From Gemmatimonadales bacterium (GTDB lineage: Bacteria; Gemmatimonadota; Gemmatimonadetes; Gemmatimonadales; GWC2-71-9): DNA of 53,748 nt. Within the stretch, counting starts at the first letter, position 1. The number at the start of each line of letters is the position of its first letter. The stretch spans positions 1 through 53,748 of the forward strand of contig JBDTTA010000002.1 of the NCBI GenBank assembly GCA_039930845.1. The letters run 5' to 3'. Made by a program: the position numbers and the translations under genes. Of this stretch, positions 6,370 through 15,670 are shown piece after piece. Under the pieces are notes generated by a model. It made no database searches. It was not told the DNA's origin and saw only the letters and a program-made list of their open reading frames with translations.

Positions 6370-7497
6370 ATGTTCTATCACCTGCTCGCTCCGCTCGGCA
6401 AGACCTACATCATCTTCAATCTCTTCAACTACATCAGCTTTCGGGCGGCGGGTGCCACGGTCACGGCGCTGCTGCTCGCCTTCCTGGTCGGCCCGCCGGT
6501 GATCGCGCGCCTGCGTGCGCGCAAGGTGGGACAGGTCATCCGCGCCGACGGCCCCGCGACACACCAGGTCAAGCGCGGCACGCCCACGATGGGCGGGCTC
6601 ATCATCATCCTCTCGACGGTGGTGCCGACACTTCTCTGGGCCCCGCTCACCAATCGCTTTGTCGTTGTGGCGATGCTCTCGACACTCTGGATGGGGTGCA
6701 TCGGATTTCTCGACGACTATCTCAAGATCGTGCAGGGCAAGTCTCGCGGACTGGTGGCCCGCTGGAAGCTCGCGGGCCAGGTGAGCTTCGGACTGCTCCT
6801 CGGCCTCTTCCTCACCTTTCACCCCGTCGTTTCGATCGACACCATCCCCGCCACTGCCACGACACTCCCCTTCTTCAAGTATCTCGTCGTGAATTTCGCG
6901 CCATGGCTGTATGTAGCCTTTGTGACGCTGGTCATCACGGGCACCAGTAACGCGGTCAATCTCACCGACGGGCTCGACGGGCTCGCCACCGGCCTCGCGG
7001 GGATCGCGGCCGCCGCCTTCGCCACATTCGCCTATCTGTTCGGCCGTGTCGACGTGACGGGCTACCTCAATCTCTTCTATCTCCCGGGCGCCGGTGAGCT
7101 CACGATCTTCTGCGCCGCGCTCATGGGCGCGACCATCGGCTTTCTCTGGTTCAACGCGCATCCGGCCCAGGTCTTCATGGGGGACACGGGGAGTCTGGCC
7201 ATCGGCGGCGCGCTCGGCACGGTGGCGATCCTGCTCAAGGCGGAGTTTCTCCTCCTGGTGATCGGCGGTGTGTTCGCCACGGAAGCCGTCTCGGTGCTGC
7301 TGCAAACCGGGACCTACAAGTGGTACAAGCGAACCCGCGGCAGGGAGTACGCCGATGCGCACCGGGTGTTCCGAATGGCCCCGCTGCATCACCACTTCGA
7401 GAAGCTCGGCTGGGCCGAGACCACGGTTGTCACCCGTTTCTACATCCTCGGGCTCTTCTGCGCGCTGATTGCGCTGTCCACCCTGAAGGTGCGCTGA
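6370..7497 (+). CDS. mraY: Phospho-N-acetylmuramoyl-pentapeptide-transferase (MraY)
   Basis: MFYHLLAPL N-terminus, GTPTMGG, NAVNLTDGLDGLA, HHHFE. A polytopic membrane protein of 375 aa. Confidence 0.95.
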   Translation: MFYHLLAPLGKTYIIFNLFNYISFRAAGATVTALLLAFLVGPPVIARLRARKVGQVIRADGPATHQVKRGTPTMGGLIIILSTVVPTLLWAPLTNRFVVVAMLSTLWMGCIGFLDDYLKIVQGKSRGLVARWKLAGQVSFGLLLGLFLTFHPVVSIDTIPATATTLPFFKYLVVNFAPWLYVAFVTLVITGTSNAVNLTDGLDGLATGLAGIAAAAFATFAYLFGRVDVTGYLNLFYLPGAGELTIFCAALMGATIGFLWFNAHPAQVFMGDTGSLAIGGALGTVAILLKAEFLLLVIGGVFATEAVSVLLQTGTYKWYKRTRGREYADAHRVFRMAPLHHHFEKLGWAETTVVTRFYILGLFCALIALSTLKVR

Positions 7498-7499
7498 CG

Positions 7500-8867
7500 G
7501 TGGCGCCGGTGCCGCTGTTCGAGGAGTGGCGTCGTAGCGGACTGGAAGTCGCCGTCGTGGGGCTGGGAAAGAGCGGCGTGGCCGCGACGCGACTGCTCCG
7601 GAGTCTGGAAATCCCGGTATACGCGTCCGACACCGGTACCGGTGCACGGTTCGATGCCTGGGGCACCGCGTTGCGCGCGGTAGGTGCCGCGGTGGACGTG
7701 GGGCGCCACGATCTCGAGCGGATCGGGCGAGCGGTCTCGGTGGTGGTCGCCCCCGGGGTGCCGCCCGGCGTGCCGCCGCTCGAGACGGCGAAACAGGCTG
7801 GTCTTCCTGTATATGCCGAGGTGGACATCGGGTTTCTGGCGCTCGACGGTGCAAAATGTATCGGGATCACGGGAACCAACGGGAAGACGACCACCACCTC
7901 GCTCGTCGCGCATGCGATGGTGGCCGGCGGCCTCCGGGCGGAATCGGCGGGCAATATCGGCCGGCCGCTCTGCGACGTGGCGCTCTCCCTGGACCGTCTT
8001 GACTGGATTGCCCTCGAGCTTTCCTCATTCCAGCTCCACGATGCACCGCACCTGCGGCCTGCCATCGGGGTGCTGACCAACCTGGCACCCAATCACCTCG
8101 ATCGCTACGAAACGCTCGAGGCGTACTACGGCGACAAGGCCGAGCTGTTCCGGAATGCGGACCCGGATTCGGTGTGGGTGACCAATGCCGATGACCAGGC
8201 CGTGCAGGAGATGGCGAGCGGCGTCGCGGGCCATCACCTGCGATTCTCGATTCAGCGCCGCGCCGACGGCTGGTTCGATCGGGCAGGCGCCCGGCTCATG
8301 CTCGACGCCGAGGTGGTCCTCCCCCGCGGCGAGCTGCCGCTCCTTGGCGATCACAATGTCGCCAACGCGCTGGCGGCCGCGCTCGTCGCCCGGCGCGCGG
8401 GGTGCACGCTCGAGCGCATCGCGGCGGGGCTCCGGACCTTCCGCGCCATCCCGCATCGGGTCGAGCCGGTACGCGAGGTGGACGGCGTGCTCTGGATCAA
8501 CGACTCGAAGTCCACCAACATCACCTCGACGGCGGTGGCGATCGCCTCCCTCGACCGGCCGTTCGTGCTCCTGCTCGGCGGACGGCACAAGGGCGAGCCG
8601 TACACGCGCCTGGCTGGACCGCTCCAGGGACGCTGCCGGGCCGTCGTGGCCTATGGAGAGGCGGGGCCGCTCGTGATCCGGGATCTCGGCGGCGCGGTGC
8701 CCGTGGTCCCGGCGGGCGATTTCGACGACGTCCTCGCCACCGCGCGGCGTCTGGCCCAGCGGGGCGATGCGGTGCTCCTCTCTCCCGCCTGCTCGAGCTA
8801 CGACATGTTCCACAACTACGAAGAGCGCGGCGAGCGCTTCAGGGCCGGCGTCGAGGCGATGAAATGA
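7500..8867 (+). CDS. murD: UDP-N-acetylmuramoylalanine--D-glutamate ligase (MurD)
   Basis: VVGLGKSGVAATRLL and ITGTNGKTTTTSL. The GTG at 7500 lies just after the mraY stop. The ORF portion from 7320 overlaps mraY and is judged spurious. Confidence 0.9.
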   Translation: MAPVPLFEEWRRSGLEVAVVGLGKSGVAATRLLRSLEIPVYASDTGTGARFDAWGTALRAVGAAVDVGRHDLERIGRAVSVVVAPGVPPGVPPLETAKQAGLPVYAEVDIGFLALDGAKCIGITGTNGKTTTTSLVAHAMVAGGLRAESAGNIGRPLCDVALSLDRLDWIALELSSFQLHDAPHLRPAIGVLTNLAPNHLDRYETLEAYYGDKAELFRNADPDSVWVTNADDQAVQEMASGVAGHHLRFSIQRRADGWFDRAGARLMLDAEVVLPRGELPLLGDHNVANALAAALVARRAGCTLERIAAGLRTFRAIPHRVEPVREVDGVLWINDSKSTNITSTAVAIASLDRPFVLLLGGRHKGEPYTRLAGPLQGRCRAVVAYGEAGPLVIRDLGGAVPVVPAGDFDDVLATARRLAQRGDAVLLSPACSSYDMFHNYEERGERFRAGVEAMK

Positions 8868-10036
8868 CTGAGGGCAGATCGATCCGGCATCCGGGCGAGA
8901 TGCGGTGGGAAACCCGGCTGCTGGGCATGGTCACGGCGGTGCTGGTCGTCTTCGGCATCGCGGCGACGTACGGCGCGGCGAGCCTGGTGACCGTCAAGGG
9001 ACAGAACGTCGGCATCTGGTTTGCCGGGCGTCAGCTCGTCGGCGCCCTGATCGGCGGCGCGCTGCTGCTGCTCGCATCCCGGCAGGATTACTACCGCTGG
9101 CGGCGGGTAGCCTGGCCGCTGCTGCTTTTGACCCTCGGCCTCCTCCTCATCCCCCTGCTTCCGTTCACCAGGTCCATTTCGCCCCTGCTGAACGGCGCAC
9201 GCCGATGGGTGGACATCGGGCCCCTGAACTTCCAGCCCTCGGAGCTTGCCCGACTGGCCGTGGTGATCTGGTGTGCCATGCTGGCGTCGAAAAAAGGACA
9301 GCAGATGCGCGACTTCAAGCGTGGGGTCGTGCCGTTCATCATGATTCTCGGTCTCGTTTCCCTGCTCATTGCCCTCGAGCCCAACCTCTCGATGGCGACG
9401 CTCGTGGCGATTCTCGGCGGCCTCGTGCTGTTCACGTCCGGGGCGAGGATCGGACACTTCTTCCTGCTGTTCGGTGTCGGGATGATTCTCCTTTTTCACC
9501 AGATTCGCGACGCGCAGTATCGGCTTGCGCGGTTCGTGACGTTCCTCAATCCGGGGGACGCCACGAGCGATGCGGGCTTCCAGATCCATCAGTCGCTCGT
9601 CGGCATCGGCTCCGGTGGAATACTGGGCACCGGGTTTGGGGAGGGTCAGCAGAAGCTCGGATATCTCCCCTACGCCTATTCCGATTTCCTCTTCAGTACC
9701 ATCGGCGAAGAATGGGGATTTCTCGGCGTGGTCGTCGTCGTCTCGCTCTTTGCGCTATTCTGCTGGCTCGGCTTCCGCATCGCGCGCACCGCCGCCGATC
9801 CGTTCGGCCAGTATCTCGCGGTCGGCCTCACCGCCACGATCGGCCTCACCGCGTTTCTTCACATGGCGGTCTCGCTGGGGATGATGCCAACCACCGGGTT
9901 GACGCTACCGTTCATGTCCTACGGCCGCTCGAGCCAGGTGATCTCGCTGCTCGGCACGGGAATCCTGATCAATATCGGCCGCCTGCGTGGTCGACCCGCG
10001 CCCGTCAGAAAGTCCCGCGAGGGCAAGGAGAAGTGA
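8864..10036 (+). CDS. ftsW: Peptidoglycan glycosyltransferase / lipid II flippase-type SEDS protein FtsW
   Basis: ATGA overlap with the murD stop. Multi-TM protein with the QPSELARLAVVIW motif (SEDS family). Confidence 0.9.
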   Translation: MTEGRSIRHPGEMRWETRLLGMVTAVLVVFGIAATYGAASLVTVKGQNVGIWFAGRQLVGALIGGALLLLASRQDYYRWRRVAWPLLLLTLGLLLIPLLPFTRSISPLLNGARRWVDIGPLNFQPSELARLAVVIWCAMLASKKGQQMRDFKRGVVPFIMILGLVSLLIALEPNLSMATLVAILGGLVLFTSGARIGHFFLLFGVGMILLFHQIRDAQYRLARFVTFLNPGDATSDAGFQIHQSLVGIGSGGILGTGFGEGQQKLGYLPYAYSDFLFSTIGEEWGFLGVVVVVSLFALFCWLGFRIARTAADPFGQYLAVGLTATIGLTAFLHMAVSLGMMPTTGLTLPFMSYGRSSQVISLLGTGILINIGRLRGRPAPVRKSREGKEK

Positions 10037-10043
10037 CGTTGCC

Positions 10044-11132
10044 GTGAAGCGCATTCTCGTCGCCGGAGGTGGCACGGGTGGCCACCTCATGCCCGCGTTG
10101 GCAATCGCCGGCGCACTCAAGGAGCGGATGCCTGACATCGAGCCGGTGCTGGTGGGCGCCGTCCGTGGCGTCGAGGCTCGCATCCTGCCGACCCGCGAGT
10201 TCCGTTACCATCTACTCCCGTCCGAGCCGATCTACCGCCGCGCGTGGTGGCGCAACGTCCGCTGGCCGCTTCTCGCGGGTCGCCTGCTCATCCAGCTCGA
10301 GCGACTGTTCGAGCGGGAACAGCCCGTGGCCGTGATCGGCACAGGTGGGTACGCATCGGGTCCGGTGGTCTGGTGGGCCGCGCGCAAGGGAATTCCGACT
10401 GCCATCCAGGAGCAGAATGCGTATCCGGGTGTCGCGACCCGCTGGCTCAGCCGCCGGGTCCGCCACATCTATCTCGGGCTGCCCGAGACGGGCCGCCTGA
10501 TTCGGCCCGGCCCGCACACCACGGTGTTCGACACTGGCAATCCGATCGCCCCGCCGACACCCGAGCGGCGTCCCGAGTCACTGGAGCTCTTCGGTCTCGA
10601 CGGCTCACGGCCCGTCGTCCTGGTGACCGGCGGGAGTCAGGGGGCGCTGGCCATCAATCGCGCGGTCGCCGGGTGGCTCGACGGCGGCGGGGCGGCCGAC
10701 CTGTCACTGCTCTGGGTCACCGGCCGGCAGACCTACCAGCAGTTCACCCGCTTCCACCGGCCTCCCGGTGTTCGAGTCGTCGATTTTCTCGACCCGATGG
10801 CGGACGGCTACGCGGTGGCGGACCTCGTCATTTCCCGGGCGGGGATGCTGACGGTGGCGGAACTGTGCGCCTGGGGACTGCCGAGCATCCTGATCCCGCT
10901 CCCCTCGGCGGCGGCGGACCACCAGACCCACAACGCACGCGTCCTCGGGGATGCCGGTGCCGCCCTGCTCATGCCGCAGCGGGAGCTGACCCCGGAGAGC
11001 CTCGCGGGGACGGTGAGGAGAGTGCTGGCGAACACGTCGTTCAGGACCGCGATGGCACAGCGGGCGCGGGAGCGCGGCCGGCCCCAGGCCGCGCAGGAAA
11101 TCGTGTCGAATTTATTGACGCTGATTTCCTGA
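10044..11132 (+). CDS. murG: UDP-N-acetylglucosamine--N-acetylmuramyl-(pentapeptide) pyrophosphoryl-undecaprenol N-acetylglucosamine transferase (MurG)
   Basis: VKRILVAGGGTGGHLMPALAIA N-terminus and AADHQTHNA near the C-terminus. GTG start at 10044. Confidence 0.9.
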   Translation: MKRILVAGGGTGGHLMPALAIAGALKERMPDIEPVLVGAVRGVEARILPTREFRYHLLPSEPIYRRAWWRNVRWPLLAGRLLIQLERLFEREQPVAVIGTGGYASGPVVWWAARKGIPTAIQEQNAYPGVATRWLSRRVRHIYLGLPETGRLIRPGPHTTVFDTGNPIAPPTPERRPESLELFGLDGSRPVVLVTGGSQGALAINRAVAGWLDGGGAADLSLLWVTGRQTYQQFTRFHRPPGVRVVDFLDPMADGYAVADLVISRAGMLTVAELCAWGLPSILIPLPSAAADHQTHNARVLGDAGAALLMPQRELTPESLAGTVRRVLANTSFRTAMAQRARERGRPQAAQEIVSNLLTLIS

Positions 11133-11141
11133 CGCGTGCAC

Positions 11142-11172
11142 TTTGAGTTGACAGATGGCCTACTTACATTTG
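11142..11172 (+). promoter_or_regulatory. Candidate promoter for murC of the Bacteroidetes type: tttg-N19-tacatttg (TTTG / TAnnTTTG)
   Basis: A 50-bp AT-rich gap in an otherwise gapless GC-rich cluster. tttg at 11142-11145 and tacatttg at 11165-11172, 10 nt before the ATG at 11183. A TTGACA at 11148-11153 has no usable -10 box. Confidence 0.25.
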
Positions 11173-11182
11173 CTCATCCATC

Positions 11183-12556
11183 ATGGACCTGTTCTCTCCC
11201 GCCGATAGGCGCCCTGTTCATTTCGTAGGTATCGGCGGGGCGGGAATGAGTGCATTGGCGCTCATCGCCAGCCGGCGCGGCATCGTGGTGAGCGGGTGCG
11301 ACACCGATCTCACCGGGGCGGCCGATCTGGCCGCGAGGGGCGTGCCGCTCTTCACCGGTCACGATCCCGCGCACCTCGAGGGAGTCCGCGCCGTCATCGT
11401 GACGGCGGCGGTGCCGCCGGGACACCCCGAGCTGGTCCGGGCGCATGAGCTGGGCGTGCCGGTTGTTCCGCGCAAGGACGCGCTGGCCCGTCTGATCGGT
11501 CACGCGAGATCGGTGGCGGTGTCCGGCACCCATGGGAAGACCACCACCACGGTCATGGCCACCGAGGCGCTCACCGCCGCGGGGTTCGATCCCACCGGGA
11601 TTGCCGGCGGCCGGGTGAGCGAGTGGGGCGGCAACGCCCGGCTCGCCGGTGATTCGCTCTTCGTGGTGGAAGCGGACGAGTACGACAAGGCCTTTCTTAC
11701 CCTGCAGCCAACCATCGCGATCGTGAACAACGTGGAGCCCGACCACCTCGAGTGCTACGGGTCGGTGAACGCGCTTGAGGACGCCTTCGTGGAGTTCGCC
11801 GGGCGCGCCTCGACCGCCATCGTCAGTGCCGACGATCCCGGTGCCCGCCGGGTGGGCCTCCGCCTCCCGGCGAAGGTGCTGCGCTTCGGATTCGCGGACG
11901 ACGCCGAGATCGCCATCTCGAATGTGGTGCAGGCCAGCGAGCGGACCGAGGCCCGGGTCACCTGGAAGGCCGGCCCCGCACTCTCCGTGAGGCTTGGCGT
12001 GCCCGGCATCCATAACCTCCGGAATGCCGTCGCCGCTCTCGCCGCGGTCGAGGCGCTGGGCGGCGACCTCGCCGCGGCAGCGAGTGCACTGGAAAGGTTC
12101 CACGGCGTTGGCCGGCGGTTCGAACGGCTGGGCGAGCATGGGGGTGTCGCGGTCGTCGACGACTACGCGCATCATCCCACCGAGCTGGCGGCCACCCTTT
12201 CGGCGGCCCGCCAGGCATATCCCGATCGCCGGATCGTCGCGGTGTTCCAGCCGCATCTCTATTCGCGGACGGCGCAGCACGGCCAGGCGATGGGACAGGC
12301 GCTGGCCGCGGCGGATCTCGTGATCGTCACCGAGGTGTATGCGGCGCGCGAGCAGCCCATCGTCGGGGTGAGTGGCCGCCAGGTGGCGGAGGCCGCCAGA
12401 GGTGCCGGTGCGAATGCGAGCTTTGAACCCGTGCGGGCCGACGTCGGACGGCGGGTCTACGAAGCGCTCAAGCCGGGAGACGTGGTGCTCACCCTGGGCG
12501 CGGGTGACATCACCCGCGTGGGTGCCGAGCTGGTCCGATGGCTGGACGCCGCCTGA
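11183..12556 (+). CDS. murC: UDP-N-acetylmuramate--L-alanine ligase (MurC)
   Basis: HFVGIGGAGMSALA, VSGTHGKTTTT, DDYAHHPTE. Confidence 0.95.
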   Translation: MDLFSPADRRPVHFVGIGGAGMSALALIASRRGIVVSGCDTDLTGAADLAARGVPLFTGHDPAHLEGVRAVIVTAAVPPGHPELVRAHELGVPVVPRKDALARLIGHARSVAVSGTHGKTTTTVMATEALTAAGFDPTGIAGGRVSEWGGNARLAGDSLFVVEADEYDKAFLTLQPTIAIVNNVEPDHLECYGSVNALEDAFVEFAGRASTAIVSADDPGARRVGLRLPAKVLRFGFADDAEIAISNVVQASERTEARVTWKAGPALSVRLGVPGIHNLRNAVAALAAVEALGGDLAAAASALERFHGVGRRFERLGEHGGVAVVDDYAHHPTELAATLSAARQAYPDRRIVAVFQPHLYSRTAQHGQAMGQALAAADLVIVTEVYAAREQPIVGVSGRQVAEAARGAGANASFEPVRADVGRRVYEALKPGDVVLTLGAGDITRVGAELVRWLDAA

Positions 12557-13227
12557 ATCGCCGATGGGCGGCGCTCGGCGCCCTGGCTGTGCTGCTCGGC
12601 GCCACGCTCGCCGGGCCTCGACTGCTGCAGCAGCTCAGTTTCTTTCGGGTGAGGCGAGTGGAGATTAGCGGATTGCAGTATCTTGCTCCGGCGACGGTGA
12701 TGCACGCGCTCAAACTGTCTCCCGACGCGAGCGTCTTCGACGATCCAGCGCTGCTCGCCCGCCGGGTCTTCTCGGTTCCGGGCGTCGAGTCGGCCACGGT
12801 GGAGCGACGGCTGCCGGGGACGCTCGAAATCGAGGTCGCGGAGGCGGTTCCAGTGGCACTCGTGGCCGCCAACGGCCGGCTTACGATGCTCGATGCGAAG
12901 GGCAAGGTGCTCCCGTTCGACCCGGTGACGTCGGCGCCGGATCTGCCCCTCGCGGCCGGTGGAGATAGAGTGGTGGCGTCCGTCCTCGCGCGGGTGCGCG
13001 ACTACGCCCCCGATCTGTTCGCGCGGGTGAGCGAGGGGTGGCGGGTGGGGCCCGACGTGGTGCTCGACGTCGAGGGACGGCGGCTCTGGTTCGGCGCGCA
13101 GGTTTCCGCGGAGGATATTCGAGCGGTGATGGCGGTGGAGCAGAGTCTCGCCCGGCAGGGGCGCCCATTTCAGGAACTCGACGGCCGCTACGCCGGCCAG
13201 GTGATCGTCCGCGGATGGCGCGGTTGA
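12538..13227 (+). CDS. ftsQ: Cell division protein FtsQ (POTRA domain)
   Basis: N-terminal TM segment, then FRVRRVEISGLQYLAPATVMHAL (POTRA). Position between murC and ftsA. Overlaps murC by 19 nt. Confidence 0.8.
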   Translation: MAGRRLNRRWAALGALAVLLGATLAGPRLLQQLSFFRVRRVEISGLQYLAPATVMHALKLSPDASVFDDPALLARRVFSVPGVESATVERRLPGTLEIEVAEAVPVALVAANGRLTMLDAKGKVLPFDPVTSAPDLPLAAGGDRVVASVLARVRDYAPDLFARVSEGWRVGPDVVLDVEGRRLWFGAQVSAEDIRAVMAVEQSLARQGRPFQELDGRYAGQVIVRGWRG

Positions 13228-14477
13228 GCGCTCCGCCGCAGCGGCTCGTCGCCGCCCTCGACCTCGGCTCCACGAAGGTCGTGGCGCTCATCGCCGAGGT
13301 AACGGGCGATGCGAGGGAGAGCGGCGCCAAGATTCTCGGCGTCGGTGTCGAGCGCAGCAACGGCATCCGCCGCGGGGTCGTCCGGGACATCGAGGAAACC
13401 ACCCGCGCCATCGACCGCGCCATGAAGAGCGCGCAACGAATGGCCGGCGTCGAAGTCGGCTCGGCGTACTGCGGCATCGCGGGCGAGCACACGGCGGGGC
13501 GCAGCAGCCACGGCATGGTGTCGGTCACCGGCGACGAGATCCGGACGAGTGACGTCGCCCGAGTCAACGACATGGCGAGCAATATCAGCTTCGGCCGTGA
13601 CCACGAGCTGCTGCACGCCATCCCCCAGGACTACCTCATCGACCAGCAGGGCGGCATCAGCGAGCCGATCGGGATGACGGGCTCGAGACTTGAAGCCGAG
13701 GTATATCTGGTTACCGTTCTGTCGAGCGTCCTGCAGAATCTCAGGAAATGCGTCGAGCGGGCCGGGTACCACGTCGCGGAGTTCGTGCTGGAACCGCTCG
13801 CGGCCTCGCTCGGTGTGCTGACGCCGGACGAGATCGAGCTCGGCTGCGCCATCATCGAGCTGGGCGGCGGTTCCACCAACGTCTCGATTTTCTACAATGG
13901 AAAGATCCGCCACACCGGCTCGCTTCTTTGCGCCGGCGGTCACGTCACCGCGGACATCGTGCACGGCCTCCAGGTTACCCAGCTCGACGCTGAGCGGCTC
14001 AAGGAGCGCTACGGCGCCGGTTTCGAGCCGCTGGTGCCGGAGAGCGACACCTTCGATCTTCCCAGCACGCCGGGCCAGGGCGCCCGGAATGCCCAGCGGC
14101 GGGTCCTCGCGCATATCATGCACATGCGGCTCCAGGAAGTGCTGGAGTACGCGCTCGACGAGATCACCCGGGCCGGCTTTCACCAGGCCCTGCCGGCGGG
14201 AGTCGTCCTCACCGGCGGTGGGGCGCTGACCCCGGGGATCGTCGAGCTGGCCCGTGAGGTGTTCGCCATGCCGGCCCGCTGCGGGATTCCAGGGCAACGG
14301 CTGCGGGGTCTGGCGGACAGCGTGGAATCCCCCAGGATGGCGGTACCGGCGGGACTGGTGCTTTACGGTGCCCGCCAGGTTACGATGAGCGGCGGGTTCG
14401 GCACAGGCGCGCGGAAATCGCCGGCCGTCGAAAAGGTGCTCGCTCCGGTGAAACGGTGGCTCCAGGACTTCTTCTGA
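13215..14477 (+). CDS. ftsA: Cell division protein FtsA
   Basis: [18 protein letters not shown] actin-like phosphate-1 motif and [13 protein letters not shown]. The upstream part of the ORF (13038-13214) overlaps ftsQ and is judged spurious. Confidence 0.9.
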   Translation: MARLSAPPQRLVAALDLGSTKVVALIAEVTGDARESGAKILGVGVERSNGIRRGVVRDIEETTRAIDRAMKSAQRMAGVEVGSAYCGIAGEHTAGRSSHGMVSVTGDEIRTSDVARVNDMASNISFGRDHELLHAIPQDYLIDQQGGISEPIGMTGSRLEAEVYLVTVLSSVLQNLRKCVERAGYHVAEFVLEPLAASLGVLTPDEIELGCAIIELGGGSTNVSIFYNGKIRHTGSLLCAGGHVTADIVHGLQVTQLDAERLKERYGAGFEPLVPESDTFDLPSTPGQGARNAQRRVLAHIMHMRLQEVLEYALDEITRAGFHQALPAGVVLTGGGALTPGIVELAREVFAMPARCGIPGQRLRGLADSVESPRMAVPAGLVLYGARQVTMSGGFGTGARKSPAVEKVLAPVKRWLQDFF

Positions 14478-14497
14478 GCTGGGCCGAGGAACAGACT

Positions 14498-15670
14498 ATG
14501 ATTTTCGAGCTGGAAGAGAGCATCGTCCAGACCGCCAGAATGAAGGTGGTCGGCGTCGGCGGCGGTGGCGGCAACGCGGTCAACCGCATGATCGAGGATC
14601 AGCTCGGCGGGGTTGAGTTCATCTCGGTCAACACCGATGCGCAGGCGCTTGCCATGTCAAAATCCGACATCAAGATCCAGATCGGCCGCAAGCTCACACG
14701 CGGTCTCGGCGCCGGCGCCCGCCCGGAGATCGGACGGCAGGCCATCGAGGAATCCCGGGACGAGGTCGCGGCGGCGGTGCAGGGGGCCGATATGGTCTTC
14801 ATCACTTGCGGCATGGGCGGCGGCACCGGCACCGGCGCCGCGCCGGTCGTTTCGCAGATGGCGCGCGAGACCGGGGCTCTCACGGTGGGCATCGTCACGA
14901 AGCCGTTCCTCTTCGAGGGGCGCCGCCGGATGAAACAGGCCGACAGTGGCATCGCCGAAATGCGGAAGAACGTGGATACCATGATCGTGGTACCCAACGA
15001 ACGGCTGCTCGCCGTGGTCGGCAAGGGCATACCCTTCCAGGATGCGCTCAAGAAGGCCGACGAAGTCCTCCTCCACGCCACGCAGGGCATTGCCAGCCTC
15101 ATCACGTCCACGGGCATCATCAACGTGGACTTCGCCGATGTCCGCACCGTCATGCAGAACGGCGGCGCAGCGCTCATGGGCACCGGTATCGGACGCGGGG
15201 AGAACCGCGCGCTCGAGGCGGCGCAGCAGGCCATCTCGAGCCCGCTGCTCGACAACGTCTCCATTGCCGGCGCCACCGGCGTGCTCATCAACATCATCGG
15301 TGGCGACGATCTGACGCTCGGGGAAACCACCCAGATCAACGACATCATCCACGACGCGGTGGGCGATGACGCCGAAATCATCTTTGGTGCGGGCAACGAC
15401 CCCGCCATGCGCGGCGAGGTACGGGTGACGGTTATCGCCACCGGCTTCGACCGGGTTGTCAGCGGCGATCAACCACTCGGCCGGGTGTCCGGCGCGGCCA
15501 GCGTCATCAACTTCCCCCGGCACGGCCGAGTGTCATCCCCGTCGATGCCGGCGCAGCAGATCCCGCAGACAGCGGCCCCACGGGTCCAGCCTCGGGTGCC
15601 AACGCCGCCGCCGCCCACCGAAGTGCCGGAAATGGAAATCCCCACGTTCATCAGACGGCAGATGGACTGA
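14498..15670 (+). CDS. ftsZ: Cell division GTPase FtsZ
   Basis: [13 protein letters not shown], the [11 protein letters not shown] tubulin signature, and the C-terminal [11 protein letters not shown] peptide. Confidence 0.95.
   Translation: MIFELEESIVQTARMKVVGVGGGGGNAVNRMIEDQLGGVEFISVNTDAQALAMSKSDIKIQIGRKLTRGLGAGARPEIGRQAIEESRDEVAAAVQGADMVFITCGMGGGTGTGAAPVVSQMARETGALTVGIVTKPFLFEGRRRMKQADSGIAEMRKNVDTMIVVPNERLLAVVGKGIPFQDALKKADEVLLHATQGIASLITSTGIINVDFADVRTVMQNGGAALMGTGIGRGENRALEAAQQAISSPLLDNVSIAGATGVLINIIGGDDLTLGETTQINDIIHDAVGDDAEIIFGAGNDPAMRGEVRVTVIATGFDRVVSGDQPLGRVSGAASVINFPRHGRVSSPSMPAQQIPQTAAPRVQPRVPTPPPPTEVPEMEIPTFIRRQMD

Noticed and set aside
7320-7499. Upstream extensions of ORF-track entries (murD from 7320, ftsW from 8402, ftsA from 13038, the membrane protein from 17361, deoB from 27084, EIID from 48966, ptsH from 49478, ptsI from 50365, metK from 52241, and others)
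   Set aside because: The extensions overlap the preceding, well-supported genes in another frame. In each case a start codon lies at or near the upstream stop and is followed by the family-typical N-terminus.
6355-7854. 499-aa ORF on the minus strand, antisense to mraY/murD. Similar long antisense ORFs lie at 17964-19910, 21303-22751, 38016-39923, 45471-46886, 46883-48223 and 52571-53743.
   Set aside because: Typical shadow ORFs of a very GC-rich genome. They are Arg/Pro/Gly/Ala-rich translations with no motifs, each lying fully opposite a gene with strong family signatures.
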